The notes beneath the pieces are model-generated. The model was not told where the DNA came from, made no database searches, and was given only the letters and a program-made list of their open reading frames with translations. Positions 56,152 to 64,000 of a DNA stretch of 64,000 bases are shown here, in pieces (within the stretch, counting starts at the first letter, position 1; each line of letters begins with the position of its first letter). Origin of the DNA: an uncultured Anaerolineales bacterium. Its GTDB lineage: Bacteria > Chloroflexota > Anaerolineae > B4-G1. The stretch is taken from NCBI GenBank assembly GCA_964551295.1, contig CAZKDJ010000003.1, positions 510 to 64,509 on the forward strand, written 5' to 3'. A program made the position numbers and the translations under genes.

Positions 56152-59100
56152 CTAGTTGTTGCGCATAATCAGTGGCATGTAGGTATGGTACACTGGCAGC
56201 CAGAAGCGTGCCAAGACAGGATCGTGGTCGCTGGCACGCCTGGACGAGTTGGTAATGTCGGTCACGAACTCGGCGTTGACGTGGACCACGTCAAACTCTG
56301 GTCTGGCAGCGCCGACCAGGCCGTCGCTGACCAGGATCTGATCCAGCACCTGCGAGTTGCCCTCAAAGACGTATGTGTAGCGTTCGGTGATGGGCACCGA
56401 GTACATCAAGTTCGTCAGTGCGTCGGCCGCCAGCACATCGGACACCGCCTCCGAAAAGTGAAAGTCGTTCAGGTCGCCCAAGACGATCACGCTGGCATTT
56501 GGGTCCAGCGCCAGCATGCTGTCCACAAAGTCGTTCGTCATCTGCGCGATCCCGATGCGCTCGGCCTCGGAGGCAAAGACCGGAGGCTGCACGCTGCCAA
56601 AGAGCGGGGCGTCGCCGCTCTTGGAGTTAAAGTGGTTGACGATGACGAACACCTTTTGATCGTTGAAGATGAACTCGGCAGCCAGTGACTTGCGGCTCTC
56701 GGCGACGGCCGGGTTGTTAGGATCGACGCGACCTGGGCTATAGGTTAGCTCAAGCCCGGTCGCTCCGATGACTGGCGTGGTCGCCATGGTGGCCGTCGCC
56801 ACGCCGCGTTGAACCAGCGTCACCCGGTCGGGATTGTAGAGAAAGCCCACCCGGATGTTTGCTCCCGGCGCGCCACCATCATGGTTGTCCTCTGGTGCGA
56901 TGTCTGCGTAGGCGTAGATCGGGCCGCCTGCGTTCTGGACCGCCGTGATCAGCGTGCTGTAGGTCAAGCTGGCGTCGACCGTTCCGTCGTCATCTTCTCC
57001 GTTGTTGTCCTGGATTTCCTGCAGCCCCAGGATGTCCGGTGCTCCCAGGTTGTTGACGATCTGATCGGCCAGTCTTTCGAACTTGTACTGCGTGTCACCT
57101 GGATCGAGGTTGTAGACGTTGAAGGAGGCGACGGTGAGATAGTTCTCCGTGGCGGATAGGGTCGTGGTTTCAGGGGCCAGCCCGCCGGACGTTGCGCTCA
57201 GGGGGTTGGCATTCACCAGGTAAAAGTTGCCGTACGTTTGCACGTCGTCATAGTCTATGGTGCCGGTGATAGGGCCTGTAAGGTGATCTCCCACGTCTAC
57301 GTCAGGTGGGCCGGAGACGCTGGGGTTGGCTACGAGCAGCCGCTCGGGGTTAAAGTCACCTTCACGGATGACGACCCCGGCCATAACGCCGTTCCGCCCT
57401 GCCATGAACGTCACGTGGGCACCACCATCGCCCACGACGGGAATGGCATCATCCTCGGTGGCGCCGACGGCGACGGCGTCGTTGACCCGCACCAGCATAC
57501 CCTCCAGGCTCTCGTAAAAGTCGATACCGTCGGTCTGTGGATCGAAAGTGCCCGCGGTCTCAACGCTGCCGCCGCCGGCGTCGTCATCGATTACCTCCGT
57601 GGGCGGCATACGCCCGCCAACGCCGATGATGATCGGAGTAGGCAGCGCGTTGCCGGTGGACGATATGACTGGCGATCCCTGCAGTTCGATGCGGGTCGTG
57701 GAGAGACCCGCACTGCCGGCATTGTAGAACTCGCTCACCGTGCCCTCGACCAGTACATCGTCGCCCACCGACACGCCGGTCGAGCTGCCAAAGACCAGGA
57801 TGCCCTCGGAAGTGGCCAGGTCACCGTCTTCGTCGGGGTCCTGGATGTAGAAGCCGTTTCCGACGATGAGCGTGATGACGCCGCGCACGTCCTGCACCAG
57901 TTGACCGTTCAGCGGCGAGAGGTGCCTGGCCCCCTGGATGTCGCGGATGCGCAGCGGCCCACTGCTGACGACGGTGCCGACGTACGCCCCGGCGGTGGGG
58001 GTGACAAAGTTGGATGCGACCACCGCGTAATCGTCGTTGAGGATCAACGCTGGGCTAGTGGTGGCCGTGACCGCGAACCTGACGGACACGCTGCTCGCGT
58101 CGGTCACGGACGGCACCGTCCAATTGACCACGCCGCCGTCCTCCGCGCCGCCGCCCAAGGCGTAAGCGAAGGTCGCGTTGGTCGGGACGGTGTCGGTGAC
58201 GGTGAGGTTGTTCAGCGTAAAGCCAAGATCGTTCTGGATGGTCAGCGTATAGGTAAAGCGCTCGCCAGGGGCGACGAGGGAGGGGGCACTCTTGCCAAGT
58301 TCAGGGCTGGTCGCCTTGAGGCGGATGTCTGCGTCGTCACGGGGTTCTAGTTTGTATTCGCTGAATGTGTAGTAGGCGATCCCCCGCATGTAAAAATAGA
58401 AATCGCCGTTGGATGGCTCGTAAGTCATGTCGCCATCCACCATACCTCCGTCATCTGCATGCGCGGGACCACTGCCGTCATCGAACGCCCATTCGCCGTA
58501 TCCCAAATCGTCGTCGGTCACGGTAGCATCCTGGAACTCGACGAGTACGCCTTCCCATTGTTCCGACGTCGCCGGACTGCTGCTGGCAAAGCTAGTGGTC
58601 GAGATAACATCCGGCCCTGGCACCGGATTGCCCGTGCTCAAGACCTCCAAGGTGGCGGTCGCGATGCTGATATCGAACTCGGTCAGACCCCAGTATTCGG
58701 TCACCTCTCCCAACAAGCGCACTTGGGTTCCTCGCGGGAGTGAGATGCTGGGGAAGGCCGACCCTTTCCATACCGGCAGACCGCTCCAGGGACCGCCTGC
58801 GGGGTCTTGGATGACAAAAAGGTTGAGTTGGTCGACGTCGCCCGGCTCGGCAGTCACGGTGCCTGTCACCCACACGATTTGATCCTCTAGCGGAGAGGCG
58901 TCATCGGTCGCAGGATCAGACACCTCTTGGATATCCCTGATCGTCACCAGGGGATAGGCCGTGGTCGTCCATTGATCGGTATTGTTGGTAAGGATGTCGC
59001 CTGCCGTTTCGGTATGGACCTGAACCTCATTCTCTAACACAGTGGCGCCGGTCACGCCAGCGTCCACCGTCGCCGTCAGGTGGAACGTCTGGGTGGTCTG

Positions 59101-60585
59101 AGAAACCACCTCGGCCACGGTCCAGGTAAGGACGCCACTGGCACCGGGCGTGCAGCTAGTGCACGTCCACCCACTGTCGTCGGAGACGTAGGTGGTGCTT
59201 AGGGGCAGTGTATCGGTGAGGACGATGCTAAGCGCCGAGGTGATGCCCGCGTTCTGCACTGTGATGGTATAGGCCAGGCTCCCGCCAGCGGCTGCATAAG
59301 TCGGCCCCTCTTTTTGTACACTCAAATCGGGGGAGTTGACGGTGGAGACCCAGGCAGATTTGTTGTCGCTCGTGGTGGAATCTCCGCTGGTCGTGGTGAT
59401 ACTGGCGGTGTTGGTGAGGATGGCTCCGGAAGAGACGCTTCCCGTGAGCCAGCCGTTGACGCTGAATGACAGCGTCTCGGTCGCGCTGATGATTCCCACG
59501 TGCCACGTCAGTGTGCCCGTCGCGCCCACGGCACACGCCGGGCAGGACAGGCCACTGTCATCGCTCAGGTAGCTCACCCCTGTTGGGAGCGTGTCGCTGA
59601 CGACCACGCCCGAGGCATCGGCTGTACCGGCGTTGGCGCAACTCAGCTCATAGGTCATGGAACTGCCCGGTAGGGCCAGGGTGGGGCCGGACTTTGAGAT
59701 GGACAAGTCGACACATGAGCCGGTCTCGTTGGGGCTTGGCGCGGCCACACACCAGGTTGTGCTCAGGTCCTCGGATGTTTCGTCGTTGCCGCCGGCGCCA
59801 TTGCCGCCGGTCTTGGTTTCGCTGCCCTCTGTCGAATCATTCCGTCGCCACGAGGAGCCAATCGTATGAGAACCCGACGCTATGACGTCCTGGGAACTGA
59901 TCGTTGTATCAGCCAGGTAGGTGCTGGTGACCACGTCGGCGTCCGGGCCGTCGATCGAGATGCCGGTTTTATCTACCGCTTCGGCCTTGTCTCCCCACAC
60001 GACGTAATCGAGATCGGTCACCAGGTCGGTCGTGCCGTCCCAATAGTACAGGATGACTACTTCTCCACTGTTAGACAATCCACTTCCAGTGTGGATCGAG
60101 CTTGTAAAGACCTCGCGCATATCGGGAATCGTGTCAGGAGCAACCTCCTCGTACAGTTCATAGGTGGGCGTGATACCATAGGTGGCGAAAAAGTTATTCG
60201 ATCCGTTCAAGGCGATGGTTTGATGTTCTTTTGGAGCAATAGTCGCGCCGTCGGGAAAGCGGGCGTGAAAGTCGCTGAAGGTGCTTCCTCCAGCGTCTCC
60301 CCCATTGACGATGTTATAGTAGAAGGCACCGCTAGCAGTGGCGTCGGTGAGGTAGACGTCGCTCAAATCGACCGCCGTGTCTCCAGGGTTGTAAATCTCG
60401 ATAAACTCCCCCTCTGTAGGCGTGACAACGATCTCGGTCAAGAGCAACTCCGGGGCTGCTGGGTCTGGGTCGGCATAAACTGGCAAGCCCTCTAGACCCA
60501 CAATTAGTGCGATTGCGGCCAGGGTGCTGGCAAGCAGGGTGGTAATCAACTTGCATTCTTTAGTCATTTCGTGTACTCCTTTCAT
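56152..60585 (-). CDS. large secreted extracellular nuclease: lamin-tail domain, DUF11/Ig-like repeats, C-terminal endonuclease/exonuclease/phosphatase (EEP) domain
   Basis: Signal anchor; LTD (LLLTEIVVTPTEGEFIEIYNPG); repeated DUF11-like segments; an EEP catalytic domain (VASFNVYNL...LGLQE...VIVNHFNSK...GDLND). The start could instead be MTKECKL (60567). Confidence 0.85.
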   Translation of the reverse strand: MKGVHEMTKECKLITTLLASTLAAIALIVGLEGLPVYADPDPAAPELLLTEIVVTPTEGEFIEIYNPGDTAVDLSDVYLTDATASGAFYYNIVNGGDAGGSTFSDFHARFPDGATIAPKEHQTIALNGSNNFFATYGITPTYELYEEVAPDTIPDMREVFTSSIHTGSGLSNSGEVVILYYWDGTTDLVTDLDYVVWGDKAEAVDKTGISIDGPDADVVTSTYLADTTISSQDVIASGSHTIGSSWRRNDSTEGSETKTGGNGAGGNDETSEDLSTTWCVAAPSPNETGSCVDLSISKSGPTLALPGSSMTYELSCANAGTADASGVVVSDTLPTGVSYLSDDSGLSCPACAVGATGTLTWHVGIISATETLSFSVNGWLTGSVSSGAILTNTASITTTSGDSTTSDNKSAWVSTVNSPDLSVQKEGPTYAAAGGSLAYTITVQNAGITSALSIVLTDTLPLSTTYVSDDSGWTCTSCTPGASGVLTWTVAEVVSQTTQTFHLTATVDAGVTGATVLENEVQVHTETAGDILTNNTDQWTTTAYPLVTIRDIQEVSDPATDDASPLEDQIVWVTGTVTAEPGDVDQLNLFVIQDPAGGPWSGLPVWKGSAFPSISLPRGTQVRLLGEVTEYWGLTEFDISIATATLEVLSTGNPVPGPDVISTTSFASSSPATSEQWEGVLVEFQDATVTDDDLGYGEWAFDDGSGPAHADDGGMVDGDMTYEPSNGDFYFYMRGIAYYTFSEYKLEPRDDADIRLKATSPELGKSAPSLVAPGERFTYTLTIQNDLGFTLNNLTVTDTVPTNATFAYALGGGAEDGGVVNWTVPSVTDASSVSVRFAVTATTSPALILNDDYAVVASNFVTPTAGAYVGTVVSSGPLRIRDIQGARHLSPLNGQLVQDVRGVITLIVGNGFYIQDPDEDGDLATSEGILVFGSSTGVSVGDDVLVEGTVSEFYNAGSAGLSTTRIELQGSPVISSTGNALPTPIIIGVGGRMPPTEVIDDDAGGGSVETAGTFDPQTDGIDFYESLEGMLVRVNDAVAVGATEDDAIPVVGDGGAHVTFMAGRNGVMAGVVIREGDFNPERLLVANPSVSGPPDVDVGDHLTGPITGTIDYDDVQTYGNFYLVNANPLSATSGGLAPETTTLSATENYLTVASFNVYNLDPGDTQYKFERLADQIVNNLGAPDILGLQEIQDNNGEDDDGTVDASLTYSTLITAVQNAGGPIYAYADIAPEDNHDGGAPGANIRVGFLYNPDRVTLVQRGVATATMATTPVIGATGLELTYSPGRVDPNNPAVAESRKSLAAEFIFNDQKVFVIVNHFNSKSGDAPLFGSVQPPVFASEAERIGIAQMTNDFVDSMLALDPNASVIVLGDLNDFHFSEAVSDVLAADALTNLMYSVPITERYTYVFEGNSQVLDQILVSDGLVGAARPEFDVVHVNAEFVTDITNSSRRASDHDPVLARFWLPVYHTYMPLIMRNN

Positions 60586-60855
60586 TTGCTTGGTTGTGGT
60601 TCCCGGTACCGTTCAAACGGCTATGGGATGTGTAGCTCACTGGACTGAGTAGGCGCGAGCTTTGTTGCAGCGCTTCAGAGGCATCACCTCCCTTTACACT
60701 GTCACATGGCAGAGTTCACGAGTCAAAATTGCCTTTGAGAGATGTTCTCAACATGTCTCTACGAACAGTGATGTGACCTATGAGGTATGATTGGACTTTT
60801 GAGGACTGGGATATGATAGCACAGGTTCGAGAAATCGAAAAATCGGCGACGATGA

Positions 60856-60885
60856 TTGACGCCTCTGGGGGCACATGGTATAATC
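60856..60885 (+). promoter_or_regulatory. extended -10 promoter TTGACG-N18-TGgTATAAT for the T-box leader
   Basis: Read directly. Confidence 0.6.
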
Positions 60886-60891
60886 TAAACA

Positions 60892-61250
60892 CCGACCGAA
60901 TATGCAAAGACGGCGAGCAGGAGGAGTAGGCGGGATCGGTCCTGGCGAATCGCGTCAACGGATGGAACGGATTTAACGGATGCGAGAAGAGAAAGGGGCC
61001 GCCGGCTGCAAGCCCCGGCAGCACCGACCGCCGAACGTCGCCTGGGAGTCGAGAGGGTCAACGGATACTCAACGGATGGAACGGATTTAGCAGAGTGTCC
61101 GAGAGCCTTCTTCGGGTTCGCCCGTTATAGCGGGGGTCCTTGTTGGAGGACCGCAGAGCGCGGGCGGCACCTACGGTGCCGTATCCGAACCAAGGTGGTA
61201 TCGCGGAAGTTTGCCCCTTTCGTCCTTGGACGAGAGGGGCTTTTTACATA
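60892..61250 (+). ncRNA. T-box riboswitch leader (tRNA-sensing antiterminator) preceding the aminoacyl-tRNA synthetase gene
   Basis: Conserved T-box sequence AACCAAGGTGGTATCGCGG at 61188-61206, immediately followed by an intrinsic terminator (GCCCCTTTCGTCC-TTGG-ACGAGAGGGGC-TTTTT) at 61213-61245. The leader also contains a 21-nt direct repeat. Confidence 0.7.
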
Positions 61251-61275
61251 TCACGAACGGAGGTAAAACCGATGT

Positions 61276-63723
61276 ATGGGGTTAGCAAAACGATATAAGC
61301 CGAACGAGGTGGAACCGCGGCTCCAGGCAGGCTGGCAGGAGGCCGGTGTCTACCACTTTGACCCGCAGGCGCATGGGCCGGTCTATTCGATTGACACGCC
61401 CCCGCCGACCGTCTCGGGCCACCTGCACCTGGGCCACGTCTATTCCTACAGCCACGCCGATTTCATGGCCCGCTTCTGGCGTATGAACGGCTACAACGTC
61501 TTTTATCCTATGGGATACGATGACAACGGCCTGCCCACCGAGCGGCTGGTAGAGCGGCGATTGGGCATCCGGGCAACTGAGGTGGGGCGTGGGGCGTTCA
61601 TCGAAAAGTGCCTCCAGGTGAGTGAGGAGGAGGAACGCGCCTACGAGGCGCTGTGGCAGCGGCTGGGGCTTTCCATCGACTGGCGTTACACCTATCGCAC
61701 CATCGACGACCTCTCACGACGTACGTGCCAGCTTTCCTTTATCGATCTTTACCAAAAGGGGCTCGTCTATCACAAAGAAGCGCCCTCCATCTGGTGTCCT
61801 GAATGTGGCACGGCCATCGCCCAGGCCGAGCTGGCCGATTTGGAGAGGGAGAGCGTGTTCTACACGCTGGCCTTTCAACTGGAGGACGGCGAGACGCTGC
61901 GAATTGCCACCACCAGACCGGAGCTTCTCCCTGCGTGCGTGGCCGTGTTCGTCCATCCTGACGATGCGCGTTTCAAAGCGCTGGTGGGCCAGCGGGTGAC
62001 TGTGCCCCTCTTTGGGCAGCAGGTGGAGGTGCTGGCAGACTCCGGCGCCGACCCCGAGAAGGGCACCGGCGTGGTGATGTGCTGCACCTTTGGCGATACC
62101 GCCGACGTCGAGTGGTGGCACACGCACGATCTGCCTCTCAAGGTCGTCATCGGGCGGGATGGCCGGCTGACCGAGGGCGCGGGCGATTTTGCCGGACTGA
62201 CCACAACCGAGGCGCGGCGGCAGATCGTCCTGGCGCTGGAGGGCAGCGGCCTCGTCCTCGAGCGCCGGCCCATCGCCCAATCGGTGCGCGTCCACGAGCG
62301 GTGCGATACGCCGGTGGAGTACATCGTGACCAAGCAGTGGTTCATCCGCCTGTTGGATGCCAGGGACGCGTTCCTTGAGGCGGGAGAAAAGATCGTCTGG
62401 CACCCGGCGCACATGCAGGCGCGCTACCGTGCCTGGGTGGAGAATCTGCACTGGGACTGGTGCATCTCGCGCCAGCGCACCTTTGGCGTGCCGTTCCCCG
62501 TGTGGACCTGCGACGGTTGCGGCGAGGTGATGCTGGCCGACGAGGCGCAGTTGCCGGTCGATCCGCTGGAGCAGCAGCCGGCACGGCCCTGCGCCTGCGG
62601 TTCCACGTCTTTCATGCCTGATCGGGACGTGATGGACACCTGGGCCACATCATCCCTCTCGCCGCAGATCGTGGGCCGCTGGCTGGCTGACGCGGGGTTG
62701 TATGAAAAGGTGTTTCCGATGTCCCTGCGCCCCCAGGCGCACGAGATCATCCGCACGTGGGCGTTCTACACCATCGTCAAGTCTCACTATCACTTTGGCG
62801 CGCTGCCCTGGAAAGAGGCTGCCATCTCCGGCTGGGGACTGGCGCCGGAGGGTGCGGGCAAGATCAGCAAGAGCCGCGGCGGCGGCCCGATGGCGCCGCA
62901 GGAGATGATCGAGCTGTACTCCGCCGACGCTGCGCGCTACTGGGCCGCCAGCACGGGCTTTGGCAAGGACTCGATCATCAGCGAGGAAAAGATACAGGCC
63001 GGGGCCAAGCTGGTCACCAAGCTGTGGAACGTGGCCCGTTTCAGCGAGCGGTTTGTGGCCGGAGCCGCAGGCTCCGTCGATTATCAAGTACCATCTGAGG
63101 CTCCGCCGCTTTCCCTGGCCGACCGCTGGATTCTTTCCAGGACCCAGCGGCTGGTCGAGTGGGTGACGGCGCTCTTTCGCGATTACGATTTTGCCGCGGC
63201 CAAGAGCGAGACGGAGGCCTTTTTCTGGCAGGTGCTGGCCGATAACTATCTGGAGATGTGCAAGCTGCCGCTCTATGAGGAGAACAGTCCCGGGGCGCGC
63301 TACGCGCTGCGCGCGGCGCTCCTGACCGTGCTCAAGCTCTTTGCGCCGTTTATGCCCTACGTGACCGAAGAGATCTACCAGGGATTGTTTGCGGCGGGCA
63401 GCGGTTCGATCCACCGGGCCAGTTGGCCCGTCGCGGACGAGTCCCTGATCGATGAGCAAGCAGAGGCCGCCGGGGACGTGGTGGTGGAGATAGCCACCGC
63501 GGTGCGCCGCTACAAGACGGAAAACCAACTCCGCATGGGCGCGGAGCTGGCGCGGCTGCAGGTGGCGGTGGAAGATGCGAGTCTACGTCAGACATTGGGT
63601 GAGGCCGTTGTCGATATCAGGAGCGTCACTCGTGCAGAGCGGGTGGAGATCGTCGAGCAGTTCGACGGCGACTTGAAAATTATCCAGGATACGGGTATTA
63701 TCGCTGTAGCCCTGAAAGAATAG
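61276..63723 (+). CDS. valS: valyl-tRNA synthetase, archaeal/actinobacterial-type (class I, editing subfamily)
   Basis: IDTPPPTVSGHLHLGHV HIGH region, YNVFYPMGYDDNGLPTE, DWCISRQR, KISKSRG; 815 aa with no bacterial C-terminal coiled coil. The Val assignment rests on similarity to archaeal-type ValRS; Ile/Leu specificity is not fully excluded. Confidence 0.75.
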   Translation: MGLAKRYKPNEVEPRLQAGWQEAGVYHFDPQAHGPVYSIDTPPPTVSGHLHLGHVYSYSHADFMARFWRMNGYNVFYPMGYDDNGLPTERLVERRLGIRATEVGRGAFIEKCLQVSEEEERAYEALWQRLGLSIDWRYTYRTIDDLSRRTCQLSFIDLYQKGLVYHKEAPSIWCPECGTAIAQAELADLERESVFYTLAFQLEDGETLRIATTRPELLPACVAVFVHPDDARFKALVGQRVTVPLFGQQVEVLADSGADPEKGTGVVMCCTFGDTADVEWWHTHDLPLKVVIGRDGRLTEGAGDFAGLTTTEARRQIVLALEGSGLVLERRPIAQSVRVHERCDTPVEYIVTKQWFIRLLDARDAFLEAGEKIVWHPAHMQARYRAWVENLHWDWCISRQRTFGVPFPVWTCDGCGEVMLADEAQLPVDPLEQQPARPCACGSTSFMPDRDVMDTWATSSLSPQIVGRWLADAGLYEKVFPMSLRPQAHEIIRTWAFYTIVKSHYHFGALPWKEAAISGWGLAPEGAGKISKSRGGGPMAPQEMIELYSADAARYWAASTGFGKDSIISEEKIQAGAKLVTKLWNVARFSERFVAGAAGSVDYQVPSEAPPLSLADRWILSRTQRLVEWVTALFRDYDFAAAKSETEAFFWQVLADNYLEMCKLPLYEENSPGARYALRAALLTVLKLFAPFMPYVTEEIYQGLFAAGSGSIHRASWPVADESLIDEQAEAAGDVVVEIATAVRRYKTENQLRMGAELARLQVAVEDASLRQTLGEAVVDIRSVTRAERVEIVEQFDGDLKIIQDTGIIAVALKE

Positions 63724-63744
63724 AACAACCGAAGGAAGGAAAAG

Positions 63745-64000
63745 ATGACGGATAAGCTAGCCAAAGTATACAACCCCCAGGAACACGAGGAACGCCTCTA
63801 CACGTGGTGGGAGGAGCAGGGTTTCTTCCGCCCGGAGAAGCAGCTCGAACTGGGTCTGGCAACCGAGGACGACCCGTGTTTTTGTATCACTATGCCGCCG
63901 CCTAACGTGACCGGCGTGCTGCACCTGGGGCATGCCATGACCGCCGCGGTCGAGGATCTGATGACGCGCTACTACCGCATGAAGGGGTATCAGGCGCTCT
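63745..64000 (+). CDS. valS: valyl-tRNA synthetase, bacterial-type (5' part; runs off the window)
   Basis: Canonical bacterial ValS N-terminus MTDKLAKVYNPQEHEERLYTWWEEQGFF...CITMPPPNVTGVLHLGHA; an aaggaagg RBS lies 21 nt after the upstream stop. Confidence 0.85.
   Translation, partial: MTDKLAKVYNPQEHEERLYTWWEEQGFFRPEKQLELGLATEDDPCFCITMPPPNVTGVLHLGHAMTAAVEDLMTRYYRMKGYQAL

Noticed and set aside
60716-61024. 102-aa minus-strand ORF
   Set aside because: Falls in the promoter and T-box leader region; no RBS, AT-biased, no protein signature.

Overview
This 64 kb window is high-GC bacterial chromosome; the gene content and protein signatures suggest a monoderm Chloroflexota-like organism, but that placement is an inference. 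About 50 genes are packed on both strands.

In order, the window holds:
- the tail of a peptide/nickel ABC transporter: the N-terminus of the permease on the minus strand and a lipoprotein solute-binding protein;
- a sortase and holA;
- an SOS locus, described below;
- a cyclase-AAA-TPR signalling protein, a TolB-like protein, the PEP-synthase/PPDK regulatory protein, and mutS carrying two in-frame heptamer-repeat tracts;
- a REP-flanked RAYT transposase and a tRNA-Ser with a textbook sigma70 promoter;
- a NUDIX/GNAT, GH1, ParA and NrtR-like block and a 1389-aa PBP1-GAF histidine kinase;
- tkt;
- a cluster of Tat-exported Cys-rich proteins with a radical-SAM/SPASM enzyme and a frameshifted AraC regulator;
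- fdhD and xpt-guaA;
- a low-GC islet carrying a free-standing LAGLIDADG homing endonuclease;
- a cell-envelope glycan cluster (LCP, GT4, epimerase, O-antigen-ligase-TPR giant, WecA-like, UDP-sugar dehydrogenase, DedA);
- a 1477-aa extracellular EEP nuclease;
- a T-box leader in front of two tandem valyl-tRNA synthetase genes, the first archaeal-type and the second bacterial-type.

The most interesting candidate system is the SOS locus. lexA is co-transcribed with fpg from a promoter whose -35/-10 spacer is a Cheo-type LexA box (AGAACAAATGTTCT). Immediately downstream of lexA, a second near-identical box (AGAACATCTGTTCT) precedes an operon that, to my knowledge, is undescribed: a motor-only FtsK/SpoIIIE ATPase with no membrane or gamma domains, a small 2-TM Pro/Gln-rich membrane protein, and two small Arg-rich proteins. 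This looks like a split or permuted, SOS-inducible FtsK-like module, possibly a division or chromosome-handling checkpoint.
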